From positions 1,676,001 to 1,740,000 of the forward strand of contig NC_058369.1 in NCBI RefSeq assembly GCF_018350175.1: a DNA stretch of 64,000 bases. The letters are read 5' to 3'. How positions within the stretch are numbered: the first letter of the stretch is position 1; each line of letters begins with the position of its first letter. This DNA comes from Felis catus (lineage: Eukaryota). The position numbers were made by a program, and so were the translations under genes. Of this stretch, positions 24,858 to 37,445 are shown piece by piece. The notes below the pieces were generated by a model. That model worked only from the letters and a program-made list of their open reading frames with translations. It ran no database searches and had not been told where the DNA came from.

Positions 24858-25072
24858 ATTTTTCTTCTTTTATAAAGTTTCTTTATTTTTGAAAGAGAGA
24901 GATAGTGCTAGCAGGGGAGGGGCAGAGAGAGAGGGAGACACAGACTCCGAAGCGGGCTCCAGGCTCCGAGCCGTCAGCACAGAGCCCGACGCGGGGCTCG
25001 AACTCACGAACCGCGGGATCATGACCTGAGCCGAAGTCGGACACTCAACTGACCGAGCCACCCAGGCACCCC
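24858..25072 (-). mobile_element. Felid Can-SINE
   Basis: ggctccgagccgtcagcacagagcccgacgcggggctcgaactcacgaacc...gccacccaggcacccc. Confidence 0.95.
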
Positions 25073-25619
25073 TAGGTGTTCCTTTTATAAGTAGGAAGTA
25101 AGAGCTATTTTTAAAAGGCCTGGCCTTTTGGCACCTTTACAGACTGCAAACCGGGGGCTGGCCAGCGTCCAGAGGGCTTGGGGACGGCACCGGACCTGGC
25201 CAGAGCTCAGCCCGAGCTCGGCCGGGCCCCTTATTGGTACAAGTGCTGGGGCTGCTGGCATTTCCCACCTTCTAGAGCGACTTTCCTGGTCTCTGATGAG
25301 TCTCCCATTTGCTCAGCAGGCCTGTAAATTCAGAGCGAGGGCTGCACACGGGAGCCACCTGGGGTGACACAATGCCAGAGAACTCGGGCCCCTGTGAGCC
25401 CAGAAGAGGCCGAGAGACAGGGAACAGCGGGAAGGGGATGAGCCGGCCCGGGGACACATCCCAGTCCCAACGGCCACCTGCCAGGGGGCCTTGGTCTCTG
25501 AGACTCAATTTCCTCAGATGCGAGAAGGAGACTGAAGTAACATGCCGCTCTGGGAACTCAGAATAAATACTGTGTTTGGATCCAACAGAACATGACCTCA
25601 ACGTCATCTCGGCTTTGGC

Positions 25620-26052
25620 ACCAAGGTCAACAACACTGACCCCCAAAACGATGTCACGAGAAGGGCACTTCAGTCTGGGTTCTTCCTCCCAGAAACCCAT
25701 CACCGGGAAAACCCCAGCAGGGAGACTTTCTGCAAAATTCCTGGCCGGTCCTCCCCCAAACTGTCCATGTCACAAAGCAAGGAAAAGTCTGAGAACCTGT
25801 CACAACCAACAGGGGCCTGAGGAAACGTGATGGCCAAATGGGACAGGAAGTGGCAGTAACGGCAGAGCTGGTGACATCGGGATAAGCTGCGGAGGCCGAT
25901 GTGCCAATGTGGGGTTTCTTGGCTATGACAAGGCACCGTAGTCACGTCCGAGATCGACGGGAGGGGAGGCTGCCCGGTGGTGGAGGGCGCTCTCTGAGCT
26001 GTCTTTGCCACCGGCCTGAAAATCTAAGACCATCCAAGAGGAAAAGGTTTAC
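25620..26052 (+). mobile_element. L1MC/L1MD-type 3' UTR
   Basis: ccaaggtcaaca...gagaagggcactt...aaggaaaagtctgagaacctgtcaca...aaatctaa. Confidence 0.7.
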
Positions 26053-26345
26053 TTAGAAGATAAACCAGGGCTCGCAAAGTGCTTCCGGAAGGTTCCGCTT
26101 AGCTCCCCCAGCACCGTCCGCTTCCTGTGGGCGAACCAGGTCTGAAAGCCGGAGCGCGTTCGGTGAGCCGTTCTTGGCGGGCGAGTCACGGCTGTGCCAC
26201 GTGCCCCCGGCTGCGGGACGCCCCCGAGGGGGAGGACACTGCCTCTCCGCACAGGGCTGTTCCCTCTTGGAGCTGACAGCTAGGTCATCTTTTGGGTAAA
26301 AATGTCTCGTGTGCCCAAGATGCTCCCCTGATGGTGTCAGGATCC

Positions 26346-26755
26346 TCTGTGGGTTGAATCGTGCTCCCCAAAAAGATATGTTCAAGTCCTAACCCCCCCA
26401 CACCTGTGATGTGACCTCACGTGGAAACAGGGTCATTGCAGATGCAATCAAGTTAACAAGAGGCCGTTCTGAAGTAGGGTGGCCCTAATCCAAGATGATG
26501 GCGTCCTCACTAGAAGAGACGAATCTGGACACAGAGACACACAGCAGAGGCCGCGGGAGCACGGGGACCGAGGTTAGAGTGGCGCTGTCACTAGCCAAGG
26601 GCCAGACCCTCTGCTGGAGCCTCGGGAGGGAGCCCGGCCCAGCCCCGCCTCGATCTCAGACGGCTGGCCTGTGGAGCCACGGGAGAATAGGTCCGTGCTG
26701 TTTTAGGCTGCCCGTGGGTGGTGACTCTGCCACGGTGGCCCCAGGATGCTGACAC
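26346..26755 (+). mobile_element. MLT1 (B/C-like) solo LTR
   Basis: tgggttgaatcgtgctcccccaaaaagatatgttcaagtcctaacccc...ggaaacagggtcattgcagatg. Confidence 0.85.
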
Positions 26756-27464
26756 GGCAGGTGCGAGCTTTGCCTCACGCGGTCCTTTCTGTCACGGTTG
26801 GGCGAGGCTTTCTGATTCCATCCTTGCTCCCGCGGCTGTCAGCTCTCCTCTCCAGGGGACCGTCCCCGCTGTGCCACGGGGAGGACACTGAGTCCAGAAG
26901 GTGGGACATTCCACAAGGCTCTCGGGCTCTAGACAAGTAACAGACAAGAACTGGGCCGAGGAGAGGAGTGTGTGCAGCACGGGATCCTGCCGGGCCCTGG
27001 GCCGGGAGCAAGCAGCAGCAGCCAGCTCTGGGAGCACACCCGCGGGCCACTGGGGGTCCCGGTGCCGCGTCAGCGTGCCGCACTGCCCCTGTTCTCGCGC
27101 GGGAGATGTTTAGCCCGCAGACCACTTGCAAATGGAAGCGTGTGCAGAGAGGTAAGTGGATCGGCGGCAGGCAGGGTGACGGGGAAAGAGGGTGTGTCTA
27201 TAGGTGGATATAGATTCAGACACAGATGACCGACAGGTGACAGTTCGGGGCGGGGGGTGATGGATAGGACAGTCGAAGCCACACGCATCTGTGTGCACAC
27301 GCACGCACACACGTGGCCCCTCCCGAGATCGCCAAGAACACTCCTGAATCCCAGTTCTCCGAGACATTCCACCCAAGCCTCCTTCCCGAGTCCCCCTGGG
27401 CCATCCTGTGAGCCCCACTTCCCGTCACCCCGCTCGCCAGGTGCTGTCCTCCACTCATCCCCGT

Positions 27465-27650
27465 TCTCCAGAGGGGCTCCCACCTGGAGCCTCCAAACGT
27501 GGGGCCGGGGCGTTCTCTGGGTGCATCCCAGGCACCATGGGGGCTGAGCAGCCGTCCTTCGCCCCACCGTCAATGCCAGGACTCCCCATGTCCCCACCAC
27601 AGATGTCCCCAGGTGTGGCCCAGTGTCCCCTGGGGGCTAGGTGACGGCCA
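27465..27650 (-). mobile_element. MER20
   Basis: gggctgagcagc...tcaatgccagga...accacagatgtccccagg...cccagtgtcccctggggg. Confidence 0.75.
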
Positions 27651-29033
27651 GTCCTCACCCCACCGAGAGGGTCGCTGTCAGGAGGAAACACATCATGGGA
27701 GGGGTGCCTCTGGGCTCTCTGCCCGGGCTCTGGGCTCCGAGGGAAGCGAGGTCATAGAGACTTGGAGTCGGGGACGGGCAGGCTGCTGACACAATCCGGC
27801 TGGCTGGTCTCAGGGGAGCTGTTTGCTGCATTTTCCTCCCTGAGAGCTCAGAGGTGCAGATCCCACCCCCCAGATAAGGACGGGGACTCTTGCTGCAGAG
27901 TCACGTGGGAGGGAAGCTGGTCACATCTCGCCCCTCCTCCCAGTGACCCCACCTTCCACAGCCTCGAACCTTACAGCTGACCCCAGGCCAGCAGCCACCC
28001 CCAACGGCCCCCTCGCCTCCTTCTGCAACTCTGCTCACCGAGTGAGGAAGAAACGTCCAGGCAACAGCCCCCATCTTTGAATACTGGCACGGGGCCAGGA
28101 CGGGGTTCCCCCCCCCCGCCCGCCACCCCCAGCAGTGAAGGGGGCAGAGGCGGAGGGCAGGAGGCAGCTGGCGTGATCCTGAGGTGGGTGTCATCGGGGA
28201 AATGAAACGAGTAGACGTGTCGGGGACAGCCAGACACGTTTGTGTCACAGGGGAAGCTATTTGCAAATGTGAGCAGGGAAGGCAGCGAGGACGGGGAGGG
28301 GCTGGCCCGGAACCAGGAACTCAGTGCGAACGGTGGGCAGCTGTTCCAGCAGGAGGCGGACGGACAGGTGCCCGGACGGTGCGTACGTACACGGAAGATA
28401 CAGAGGGGAGACACGAGACAGAGCAGCGACAAGCAGTCACAGACCCGGGCGCACGCGTGCCCGACCAGAGCACCTGGAGGCAGTGACACCCGAAGGCGAT
28501 GAGCACGCGGGGAACGGGGAACGGGGCCCGTGCCCAGACAAGGGCGCCGAGGGTCTCCGTGAGATTTACTTCACTTCACGTGGCGGCCCCTAAAGCCACG
28601 TCCACAGCTGGAGAGCGAGACATCCGCGCCTCTCTGACATCTGCGTAAGGGTCCCCAACACGTGCCCGCGATCGTGAGCTTACGGAAGCAGTGGGTCTCG
28701 CTGCCTGCTCACCAGCGTTTGGCAGAAGGGGAGACTCAGGCGCCTGTCACCAGAGCGCTCATGCCGGGACCAGACAAGGCCGGCCGCTACCGGTTCAGCT
28801 CAGGACTCCCCCGGATGAGTGGACTCCAGGGCAGGCCGCCGCTCTCGACGACACTGGACGTGGTGGCACATGAAGGCTTCTGGCAATTCTCAGGCACGTC
28901 TTCCGGCAGGTCCCGGCAGCCTCTGGCCTTCATGCGGCCGCGTCCTCCACATCTTCCTCCTCTCACGGCGCAGCACCTGTATCCTTCTGACCCTACCCCG
29001 CTCCAACCCGTTTTCCCTTAAACAAGGCGTCCA

Positions 29034-29255
29034 GGGGCGCCTGGGTGGCTCAGTCAGTTAAGTGTCCGACTCAGTTTCAGCTCAGGTCATGATCTCACGG
29101 TGCACGAGTTTGAGCCCCGAATCAGGCTTTCTGCTGTCAGCATGCAGCCTGCGTGGGATTCTCTCTCTCCCTCTCAATCTGCCCTTCCCTCGCGTGTGCT
29201 CTCTCTCTCGCTCTCTGGCTCTCTCTCTCTCTCTCTCAAGATATACAAACTTGTA
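29034..29255 (+). mobile_element. Can-SINE (SINEC_Fc2-like)
   Basis: Head ggggcgcctgggtggctcagtc, ctcaggtcatgatctcacgg, (ct)n. Confidence 0.92.
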
Positions 29256-29296
29256 AGCAAGAGATTGTCCACAGGGAGGATTTCCCCACCACGGGT

Positions 29297-29512
29297 CGGT
29301 GATTCTCAACTGGGGGCAATTCCTTCCTCCCCCCAGCGGACACTAAGTGATGTCTGGGGACGTCTGTGGTTGCCATGACTTGGGGGCTCCTGGCATTGAG
29401 GGGTGAGGGTCTGGGACGCTGCTCAGCCCTACCCCCAGCCCCCAGGAGGCCCCCGGAGAGAATGGCCTGGCTCCGTATCAGCAGTGCAGAGGTGGGGTGG
29501 GGGGGCACCCTG
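29297..29512 (+). mobile_element. MER20, near full length
   Basis: gattctcaactgggggcaatt...atgtctggggacgtctgtggttg...ctggcattgag...accctg. Confidence 0.85.
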
Positions 29513-30301
29513 CCTTAAGCCTCAAGTAGCAACAGCCAGGACGTCTGGGCTGGGAGGCTCAGAGTGGAGCCAAGGCGTCCGCCCGGAGAGGGAGGTCCGG
29601 CCACGCCCTGCTTCGGGGAACCAGGATTCGGGTCCTCACAAGCCTTTGCTTTCCTGCACGCCGACGCAAGAGACCACAGAGGTCAGGGACGGCCAGTCAC
29701 CTGGTGAAAGGACGCTGGCAGGGCCTCATCCACGACACATCAGCAGTGCTCCGGCACGCACGGGGTCTCGGGAATAGGCCCGCCCCTCCCCGCGAAGCTC
29801 ACAGGCCTGGGGAGAAGCGTGTGATCCCGCAAACCGGAATCAGAAACCTCGTTTCGCCAGTGCAAGAAGTCACCAATGCATGAACGGGGGTCCTGATTTC
29901 GCTAGGGGAGGGTCAGGAGGCTCTTAAAAGGAGAAGGGTGTTTAGTGGGAGGGACGCATTGACCCACGAGCCCACCCACATTCTCACTTTCGGGACTCGC
30001 ATTGCTTAGTGGGGGTGGCGGATGGCTCTTTAGGCCTCCAGCTATGAAGCAGTCTCCCGCCTGCTGGGAAGTGACTGGAAACAGTGCAGGGTCATCGGCC
30101 TGAGGCTCTCCAGTTCTGCAGGGGCCAGAGAAAGGAGGGACGGGGCTCTGCCCCTCGCGTCCACAGCACCCTGTGCCTGGCCCAGGGCCCACCCCGCAGT
30201 CTGCTCAGACAAGACATCACAGGATGGCCAGACTCTTCCGTTCAGCTCTCTGACGTCCTTCTTGCTTTTAAGTTCTAGCTTTTAAAAAAAAAAAAAATTT
30301 A

Positions 30302-30488
30302 GAGGCGTCTGAGGGGCTCAGTCGGTTGAGCGTCCGACTTCGGCTCAGAGTCTGTGAGTTCGAGTCCCGTGTCAGGCTCTGTGCGGACAGCTCGGAGCCT
30401 GGGGCCTGCTTCGGGTTCTGTGTCTCCCTGTCTCTGCCCCTCGTCCGCACACACACACTCTCTCTCTCAAAAGTAAACAAACGTTAAA
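30302..30488 (+). mobile_element. Can-SINE
   Basis: ggctcagtcggttgagcgtccgacttcggctcag...gagttcgagtccc...(ct)n tail. Confidence 0.9.
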
Positions 30489-30489
30489 T

Positions 30490-30720
30490 TTTATTTCTAC
30501 TTTCGGAATCACTACGTATTCCCAAGCATGACTGCAGGAAAACGTATAGTGCAACTCTGCCCTAGCTCCCCCCAACGGCCGCGCCTTGCACACGGCTGAC
30601 GTCACCACCGGACAAACGCTCCATTTGTTACGACCAGGAAACTGACAATGATGTGATCCACAGAGCTTGTTCGGGCGACCCCGGTTTCACACACGCACAA
30701 TTCGCGTGCACACCAGTGTG
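30490..30720 (-). mobile_element. L1MC-type 3' fragment
   Basis: accaggaaactgacaatgatgtgatccacagagcttgttc. Confidence 0.45.
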
Positions 30721-30879
30721 TGTCTTTCTGGGCACCGGGAGCAGGGGCGCAGGCTCGCGTACGGTCAGGACCCCCTCCCGCCGCCCAGGCAGCGCCCCTC
30801 CTCCTCACCCCCACCCTCCTGGCCACCCTGACCACCCGTCTGTGGTCCTCGGCCAGCAGCACCTTCAGGGGATCCCACC

Positions 30880-31175
30880 CACGAAGCCCACGGTTGGTCT
30901 GACACCCGCGTCGGCACGAAGGACGAAGTCCACGCAGTCCCGTCTCCAGACGCAGAGGAAGCCTTGACCAATCTCGACGCTCCTCTGTCGTAGAAACACT
31001 CACCGAACACAACAGAGGGAACTTCCTCAACCTGATCGGGGTGGGGGGCCTCCACGAAAGCCACACTCATGCCCGCACCCACGACGAGAGCCCGACGCTC
31101 AGCGTCACGCCGGACGTCCCGAGCGGGAGGCTAGGCAAGGAGGTGAAACAGAAGGCGCCCAGACGGGACAGGAAG
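30880..31175 (+). mobile_element. Decayed LINE-1 ORF2 reverse-transcriptase-region fragment
   Basis: agacgcagaggaagcctt...agagggaacttcctcaacctgat...taggcaaggaggtgaaacagaaggc is colinear with L1 ORF2. Confidence 0.7.
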
Positions 31176-32459
31176 CTGGAGAACCACGTGCGCACAGCAC
31201 CGTCCGCACGGGCACGGCGCTGACAGGCTGCCCGGAGACCAAGCAGGTGTCTGGAGCCGCCCGCCTTTTCCTGGGCTTGGCACGGGGAGTGGGAGGGGCC
31301 GGCGGGTGGCTGAGCTGAACGGCCACCCATCCCGATCAGTTAGAAGGGCGTCAGACTTATAAGCCACAGGGAGACAGTCCCAGGCGGGCTCTCTGCACAG
31401 CGACAGGGAGCGAACAGACCTCATAAAACACGTCGTGAGTTGTTGTCTTTCGCTGGGCTTTTTGTTGTTGTTGTTTTTTAAGTCAGTAGCTGCCCCCGGG
31501 CCCAGCAGGGCGGTCAAAGGGCCTGTTCCTCCACCGGGAGCAGGGTGAGGACAGACGGCAGCTGGACGCCAGCCCTGTGGGAATGTTGTCCGGTCCGGGG
31601 CTGTTCTCCTCCACCCTGCTCTGACCTTCGCTCCAGACTGTCTGCTGACGTACCCGTCCTCGGGTTCGTGGGAACCCATCGTGGGAACCCCAACCTCAGG
31701 GTCTGAGCCCTGCGTCCCGGGAGCCCGGCAGCCCCTGGGCCCTGTGCACACGGCTATACAGCGTTTGTCACTGAAAACGTCACCACACACACGCTGCAGT
31801 GCGGACGGACCCTGAAAATAGGCCGGGTGTCCGTCCACCCGTCCCGTCTGTCTGCGTCCGTCTGTCCGCCCTTCCGTCCACCCACCCCTCCAGACACAGA
31901 CGCCACAGAATCGGGAGAAGTGCAAGCAGAGCCTGGGGCTTACGAGCCACGGTTCGATACTATTCTTATCCTTTTTAAATGTCAATACCGACTTTACGTT
32001 TTCAAAATTGAACGCAATGATAAGCACATCGCTCCTTGGATTCCTGATGCTCCCGGTAGCCTAGCAACCCTCGTCTCTCCGAGGACACGGGAACAGCCTG
32101 GTGCGGCATGCCCGACGCACACACAAGGGCTCTGCGCGCAGACAGCTTGTGGGAACCGCTGATGCAGAAGTTGCAAAGAATCCGTCCTCCTAGCCATTTC
32201 CTACCGATCTGTGAGGAACCCCCTACGTGCCCATGCTGCGTGCCAGCATGCCTCCCCGCCTCCACTCTGCCCTGCTTTCTTTCCTGGGGGCTGGAGGCAT
32301 CATCGCCTACGCCCCAGGCTGTGAGCAATGGTCCCTGATCGGCAAAAGGCTCTTCTGACGGCTTGTTGGCTCAAAGCAGAAGCCAGCGAGGCCGTGTGCC
32401 GTGTTCGCTTGGTGCCGTCTCTTCAGTCCCTCTGTCAGTTATTGGTTAGAACAAAATAA

Positions 32460-33215
32460 GTCTTAGTTTTTATAATCATTTTTGGGCTCGACAGAAAAAC
32501 CGTGAGGATTGTACATCTCCACACCTCGTTTCTCCTGTTGCTAACTTCTGGCGTGAGTACATTTGTCCCGTGAGCGAGCCAACACTGACACGTTATTACT
32601 AACTGGATTAGATTTCCTTAATATTTCCCCCACGTCCTTTTCTCCCATAGGACCCCACACAGGACTCCACTCCGCATGCACGTGTGGCGACGGTTAGTTT
32701 TATGTGTCCACCAGGGTGGCCAGGGCGTGCCCGGTGCGTGGTGTGGGGGTGAGGGTGCCCTCTGAGCCCGAGGCCCGAGCATCGCGGGCTGCCCTCCCCC
32801 GTGAGGATGCGCTCTCCGCCTGGCCGTCCAGCTGGGACATCGGCCCTGCTCTGCATTTCGGACCTGAGCTCAGTCGAGGGCTCGCTCCGCCAGCCCCGCT
32901 GGGTCTCCAGCTGGCCGACTGCAGCTCCTGGACCTTCTCTGCCTCCCTGGCCACACGGGCCGGTTCCTTATAGAAATCCTCTTTCTCTCTATATCGTATT
33001 GGTTCTGTTTCTCTGGAAAACCCAGATAACACAGTCCCGCAGGGCTGAGACAGTTTCCCAGATTTTCCTGGTTTTGCACGGCCTGGGCAGCTTTGAGGAG
33101 GACTGGCCAGGGATTTTGTGGGAAGTCGCTCAAGTAGGGTTTGTCCGATGCTTTTCTCACATTATTGGATCGGAGTGATCGACTCGGAGGAGGAAAACCA
33201 GAAAAAAAGTGTCCT
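32460..33215 (-). mobile_element. L1MC/MD 3' UTR interrupted by an MLT2 LTR
   Basis: gagccaacactgacacgttattactaact; resumes gacagtttcccaga...ttgaggaggactggccagg. Confidence 0.65.
32686..33033 (+). mobile_element. MLT2 solo LTR
   Basis: ggttagttttatgtgtc...tattggttctgtttctctggaaaaccc...aaca, both diagnostic ends. Confidence 0.8.
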
Positions 33216-33422
33216 CTGGTACATGAAGAGTACAAACGTCTTGGACGTGACACCGAAAGGACGAGAATCAACAAATAAATTGGACTTCATTAAAATGAAA
33301 AGCTTGTGCGTCAGAGGACGTTCTCAGTGCGGCGAGAGGCAACCCACGGAACGAAAGAAATTATCTGCAAATCGTACAAGCAGTAAGGATTAATATGCAG
33401 AATATATGAAGAACGCCAACTC

Positions 33423-33532
33423 TTTTTTTTAAAGGTTTTACTTTTAAGTAATCTCTACACCCAGTGTGCCCGAACTCACTACCCCAAGATCAAGAGTCAC
33501 GTGCTGCACCGACTGAGCCACCCGGGCGCCCC
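33423..33532 (-). mobile_element. Short carnivore SINE
   Basis: taagtaatctctacaccc...agatcaagagtc...ccgactgagccacccgggcgcccc. Confidence 0.85.
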
Positions 33533-33725
33533 AAGTGTCTGACTCTTGATCTCAGCTCAGGTCATGATCTCGTGGTTCGTGGGATCGAGCCCCCCATCAG
33601 GCTCTGTGCTGACAGCGTGGAGCATGCTTGGGACATGCTCCCCCTCTCTCTGCCCCTCACCCGCTCGTGCACATGCGTGCTCTCTAAATAAATAAACAAA
33701 CATTAAAAAAAAAAAAAGCAAAAAC
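33533..33725 (+). mobile_element. Can-SINE (SINEC_Fc2-like) lacking its 5' head
   Basis: gactcttgatctcagctcaggtcatgatctc...aaataaataaacaaacattaaaaaa. Confidence 0.9.
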
Positions 33726-36456
33726 CTGACTGAAAATGAGTACCCGAACAGACATTTCTCCAAAGAAGACCTACAGACGGCCAGGAAGCACAGGGAAGGA
33801 TGGTCAACATTACTGGCCATTAACCATTAGAGAATTAAGTCAAAGCCACAGTCAGATAGCACCTCACACCCCGTAGGATGGTTATGATAAAAACAAACAA
33901 GCAGCAATAGAAATAACCGGGTTGGTGACGACGTGGAGAGACCGGAACCTCGTGCCCGGCTGGTGGGAACAGAAAACGGTGCAGCCGCCGTGGAAAAACA
34001 CTGTGAAGCTTCCTCAAGAAGATTAAATATAAAATTACCATAGGATCCAGAAATTCCACTTCTGGGTATAAGCCTAAAAGGTCGGAAAGCGGGGACTTGA
34101 ACATACACTTGCACACCCGTGGTTGCACACCAGCAGCATCGTCCACGATGGCCACAGCTGGGAAACCACTGAGTGTCCACTGACAAGTGAAGCGTGAACA
34201 CAGTGTGGTCCGTCCACACGCTGGAATGTGACCCAGCCTCAGGAAGGAAGGACGTCCTGCCACCTGCCATCACGTGGACGGACCCGGAGGTCACGGTGCG
34301 CAGTGACAGGAGCCAGACACAGAAGGACATGTCCCGCGTGACCCCACGCACAGGGAGTCCCCAGAGGAGTCCCGTCCGCTGAGTCAGAGAGTGGGTGGTG
34401 GGAGCTGGGGGGTTGGGGAGTCCGTGCTTCATGGGGACAGAGTCTCGGTTTGGGGAGATGGAAAGTTCTGGAGACGGGTGGTGGGGCTGGTTACACAACA
34501 GCGTGAGTGTGCCTGATGCTGAGCTGTGTGCTTGGCGGTGGCTGAGATGGCAAATGTTATGTTACAGTAAGAAGAAGCTACATGTCCTGTTTACAAGGCC
34601 AGGACTTGCTTAGGGTTTCCTCCTCAGAGAAAGGGAGACTTAGGCGGAAACCTACCTGGCTGTGCAGAGGCATGGGGACACCCCTGGGTCTGCCTCCGGC
34701 TGGGCCTGCGGGGCTCCTCCGAGGCCTGGTAGCCATAGCCCTGTTCTCACCCTAAGTGGCTTAGAACCCAGAGCGAAGAAGTCAACATAAAACGTGGCCC
34801 CACACTTCCGGGGAACCCAGCAGAAGCCAAGCCTCTGGGAAGGAACACGCTCTCAGCCCAGGCCGCCCAGGGCCAGCAGGTGAAGTTCAGGATGATGTGT
34901 GTGCCATGCACTGGGTATCGTGACACACCCACCCCTGCACGGGGCTGCGTGTCTGGGAAAAGTCTGCGAGCAAGTCTCCGGGGTGAAATGGCAGCAGTGA
35001 GGACAGTGGGAAGACCGGCACACACCCTCGCTGGGCCTTCTACTTAGCTTTTCCGTGAATTCCCCCAATTTAACGCACACGACAGCTCTGGGCAGTAGGT
35101 GGGTCTTTCTCCACGGCACAAACACGCCCGGCATTCCTTTGTGTAAACGAGGGAGCTGAGACGCAGAAGAGCCAGGAGACCAGCCCAAGGCTCGTGCTAA
35201 CAACGTGCGGCCAGCGGTCAGCGTGAGCCTGGATGGGCCGTCGTCCACCCCGCACGCACTCTCCGTGCGGGTCCAGTCACGTCCCCGGTGGACACCGTCT
35301 CTCTCCTCTTTCGCGTCAGGTGCAGCTGCACAGCCAGCCAGCATCCCCGCGCCCTGAACCCTTCGCGGGTCCCCGGGAAGGAAGATCTTTTCCTCTCGGC
35401 TTTTTGATTGCGGGACTTCACTTTCCCCCCGATAGCGAGCAGCCTCCAGATGTGTAAACTGAGTTCTTACGAGGGCCACGTGAACTGGGGGCATCCCGAC
35501 GCACGATGGGCCTTCACCCCGGGGCCGGCTTCACGCTCTCTGACGAGCGCCCGGAGAAAGGAAGTCTGGAAGGGTTCATGAGAAAGAGAAGCAAGGCGGA
35601 GAATGCACGGCCCCACACCGAGTCAGTATCACTTCTGCCTTAACTTCCTTGAAGCCGAAGGGGAAGAAATTAGAAGCTGAACGAAAAGGTCACCTCCCTT
35701 CAAGCTGGAAAGACGTCTAGTTTCTAGAAGCGCCTCCAAAAATGGGAAGCCGGGTTTCCAGCGTAGTTTCCACTGGGTGCCGGTGAGGAAGGGGCTCGCA
35801 GGGAGGGGGGCGGCCGCTGGCTGGGCGAGCAGTGGGGCGGAGCGTGCCTCCCGGGCTCGGTCCTGCTGCACAAACACCACGTGGGGCTCTGCTGGACGGC
35901 CGCCGGCCTGCCTGCTGTCCCGGGCTGACCCCGGGGAGCACTGCGCTCTCCCTCACTGACCTGGGGAATGTCTGTCCTCGTGAACGTTCGTGCTGAGATC
36001 TGAGGTTTCGATTTCACCAAAACAAATACCGTGCTGGTCCACCCCTTCCGTGATTAATCCAAATAAACCAGGCTGGTTCCTGACAGCATCTCAAGGGTTT
36101 CCAGTGGACAAAAGCAGGGCCCCGCCAGCCCCCAGAATGCAGAAGCGGGGAGCTGAGCGGATGGCCCCCGAGGCAACCGCCTCCCTGGGGTCCCCGAGGT
36201 TGGGGGAGGTTGCGGAAGTTGGGGGGGTTGCGGCATCTATCTAAGGCTGTGAAGTAATCATTTAAACTGGGTGAGGCCTACGGCACGTCACAGTTAGAAG
36301 GCAACATGCAAATCTCGCTATGAAGGGTCTGTCACCAAGGGAGGGAGCTCCTGGGGGCCCCAAACAACAAGAAGCTCCCTGCCCGAAGGATCTGGGAGGC
36401 ACGGACCCCCAGGGTTGGGTGGAGGTAAGGCCTGGTGGGGTAGGAACTTTCTAGAA

Positions 36457-36622
36457 TGCGCTTTTCCCCTGGGCACTGTGGACATTCGGTGCCAGTTCAC
36501 TCCCTGTGGGGCGGAGTGGCATCCCTGGCCCCACATCCTCGATGCCAAGAGCACCCCCGGTTGTGACAACCACAGATGTCCCCAGACACGGCCCCGTGTC
36601 GCCTGGGTGAGACGAACTCCTG
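36457..36622 (-). mobile_element. MER20
   Basis: catccctggcccc...ctcgatgccaagagcacccccggttgtgacaaccacagatgtccccagacacggccc; ttctagaa site on the left. Confidence 0.85.
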
Positions 36623-37445
36623 ACGCCTGAGCAAACAACTGTCCTTTGTTTCATCCCAAGGAGCAAACACTGCATCTCCTGGAACGGCCCCAGGCAGGTC
36701 GGAGGCGCCTGCCACGAAGTCCAGCTAGCACTCCATTGAGCAGTAACACCGTACCCTATTTCTCCGTGTTCCCCTTGACAAAGGTCCACGTGCAGCCTCC
36801 AGAGGAAAACGTAGGCAAACACCAGAGGGACAGGAGCGAGGAGGGCGCTGAGCTGAACACAGCACCTGCTCCCTGGGGTTCCAGGCCCCCCCAGGCCGGC
36901 GCCCTCTGAGCCTTCGGGTTGGGCTCACCCCTTAAGGGGTGTTCCTGATGCATTTAGGACTGGATCCGATTTGCAGAAACTCAGGTGGCTGCCCCGGGGG
37001 GCAGCCCATCGTGTCCTGGGGGAGCTGAGAGGAGTCCCATGGGTAACATGTGTGTCACAGAAACAGCGATCGGGAGCTGGGTTAAAAATAGAACATGAGA
37101 CAAGTTTCGTACACGGAGCGGGTCTGACTCCCACCCACAATTCTGGGACTGCAGGGCCAGGGTCGGCGCCCAGAGCCGACGGGCAGTGGGGAGCACAGGT
37201 CCCCTCTCCGGCCCGGCTCCAGATGCCCTCGAGGTGAAGGCCTTGCAGGGTGTGAGAGCTATTCCGGCTCTTACTACTCGTAACAACATGGCCCTGCACG
37301 CCAGCCATCTGCTTCCGTGTGCGGGTGAAGACAGAGCAGACCGTCCCAACACTGGGTGGAGGGCCAGCCGGCGGCATTGGATTCATCGAGCGACCGTCCC
37401 CCCACCACGGCAGAAGGGTCTGCCTTACCTAATTTAAAAAGAAAC

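Larger units (their letters stand above)
33235..34572 (+). mobile_element. LINE-1 (L1MB/L1MA-type) ORF2 3' part plus 3' UTR (carries group B tract), split by a SINE pair
   Basis: Peptide LDVTPK...LDFIKMKSLC...RQPTERKKLSAN matches ORF2p; aacagacatttctccaaagaagac; aattccacttctgggtata. Confidence 0.9.

Noticed and set aside
29034..29120. tRNA-like A/B-box sequences
   Set aside because: These are tRNA-derived SINE heads followed by (ct)n and A-rich tails, not tRNA genes.
31131..32027. 298-aa minus-strand ORF
   Set aside because: No recognisable homology or exon structure; includes simple-repeat translation.
33235..34572. LINE-1 ORF2 as an active or domesticated gene
   Set aside because: Truncated, contains stops and is interrupted by two SINEs.
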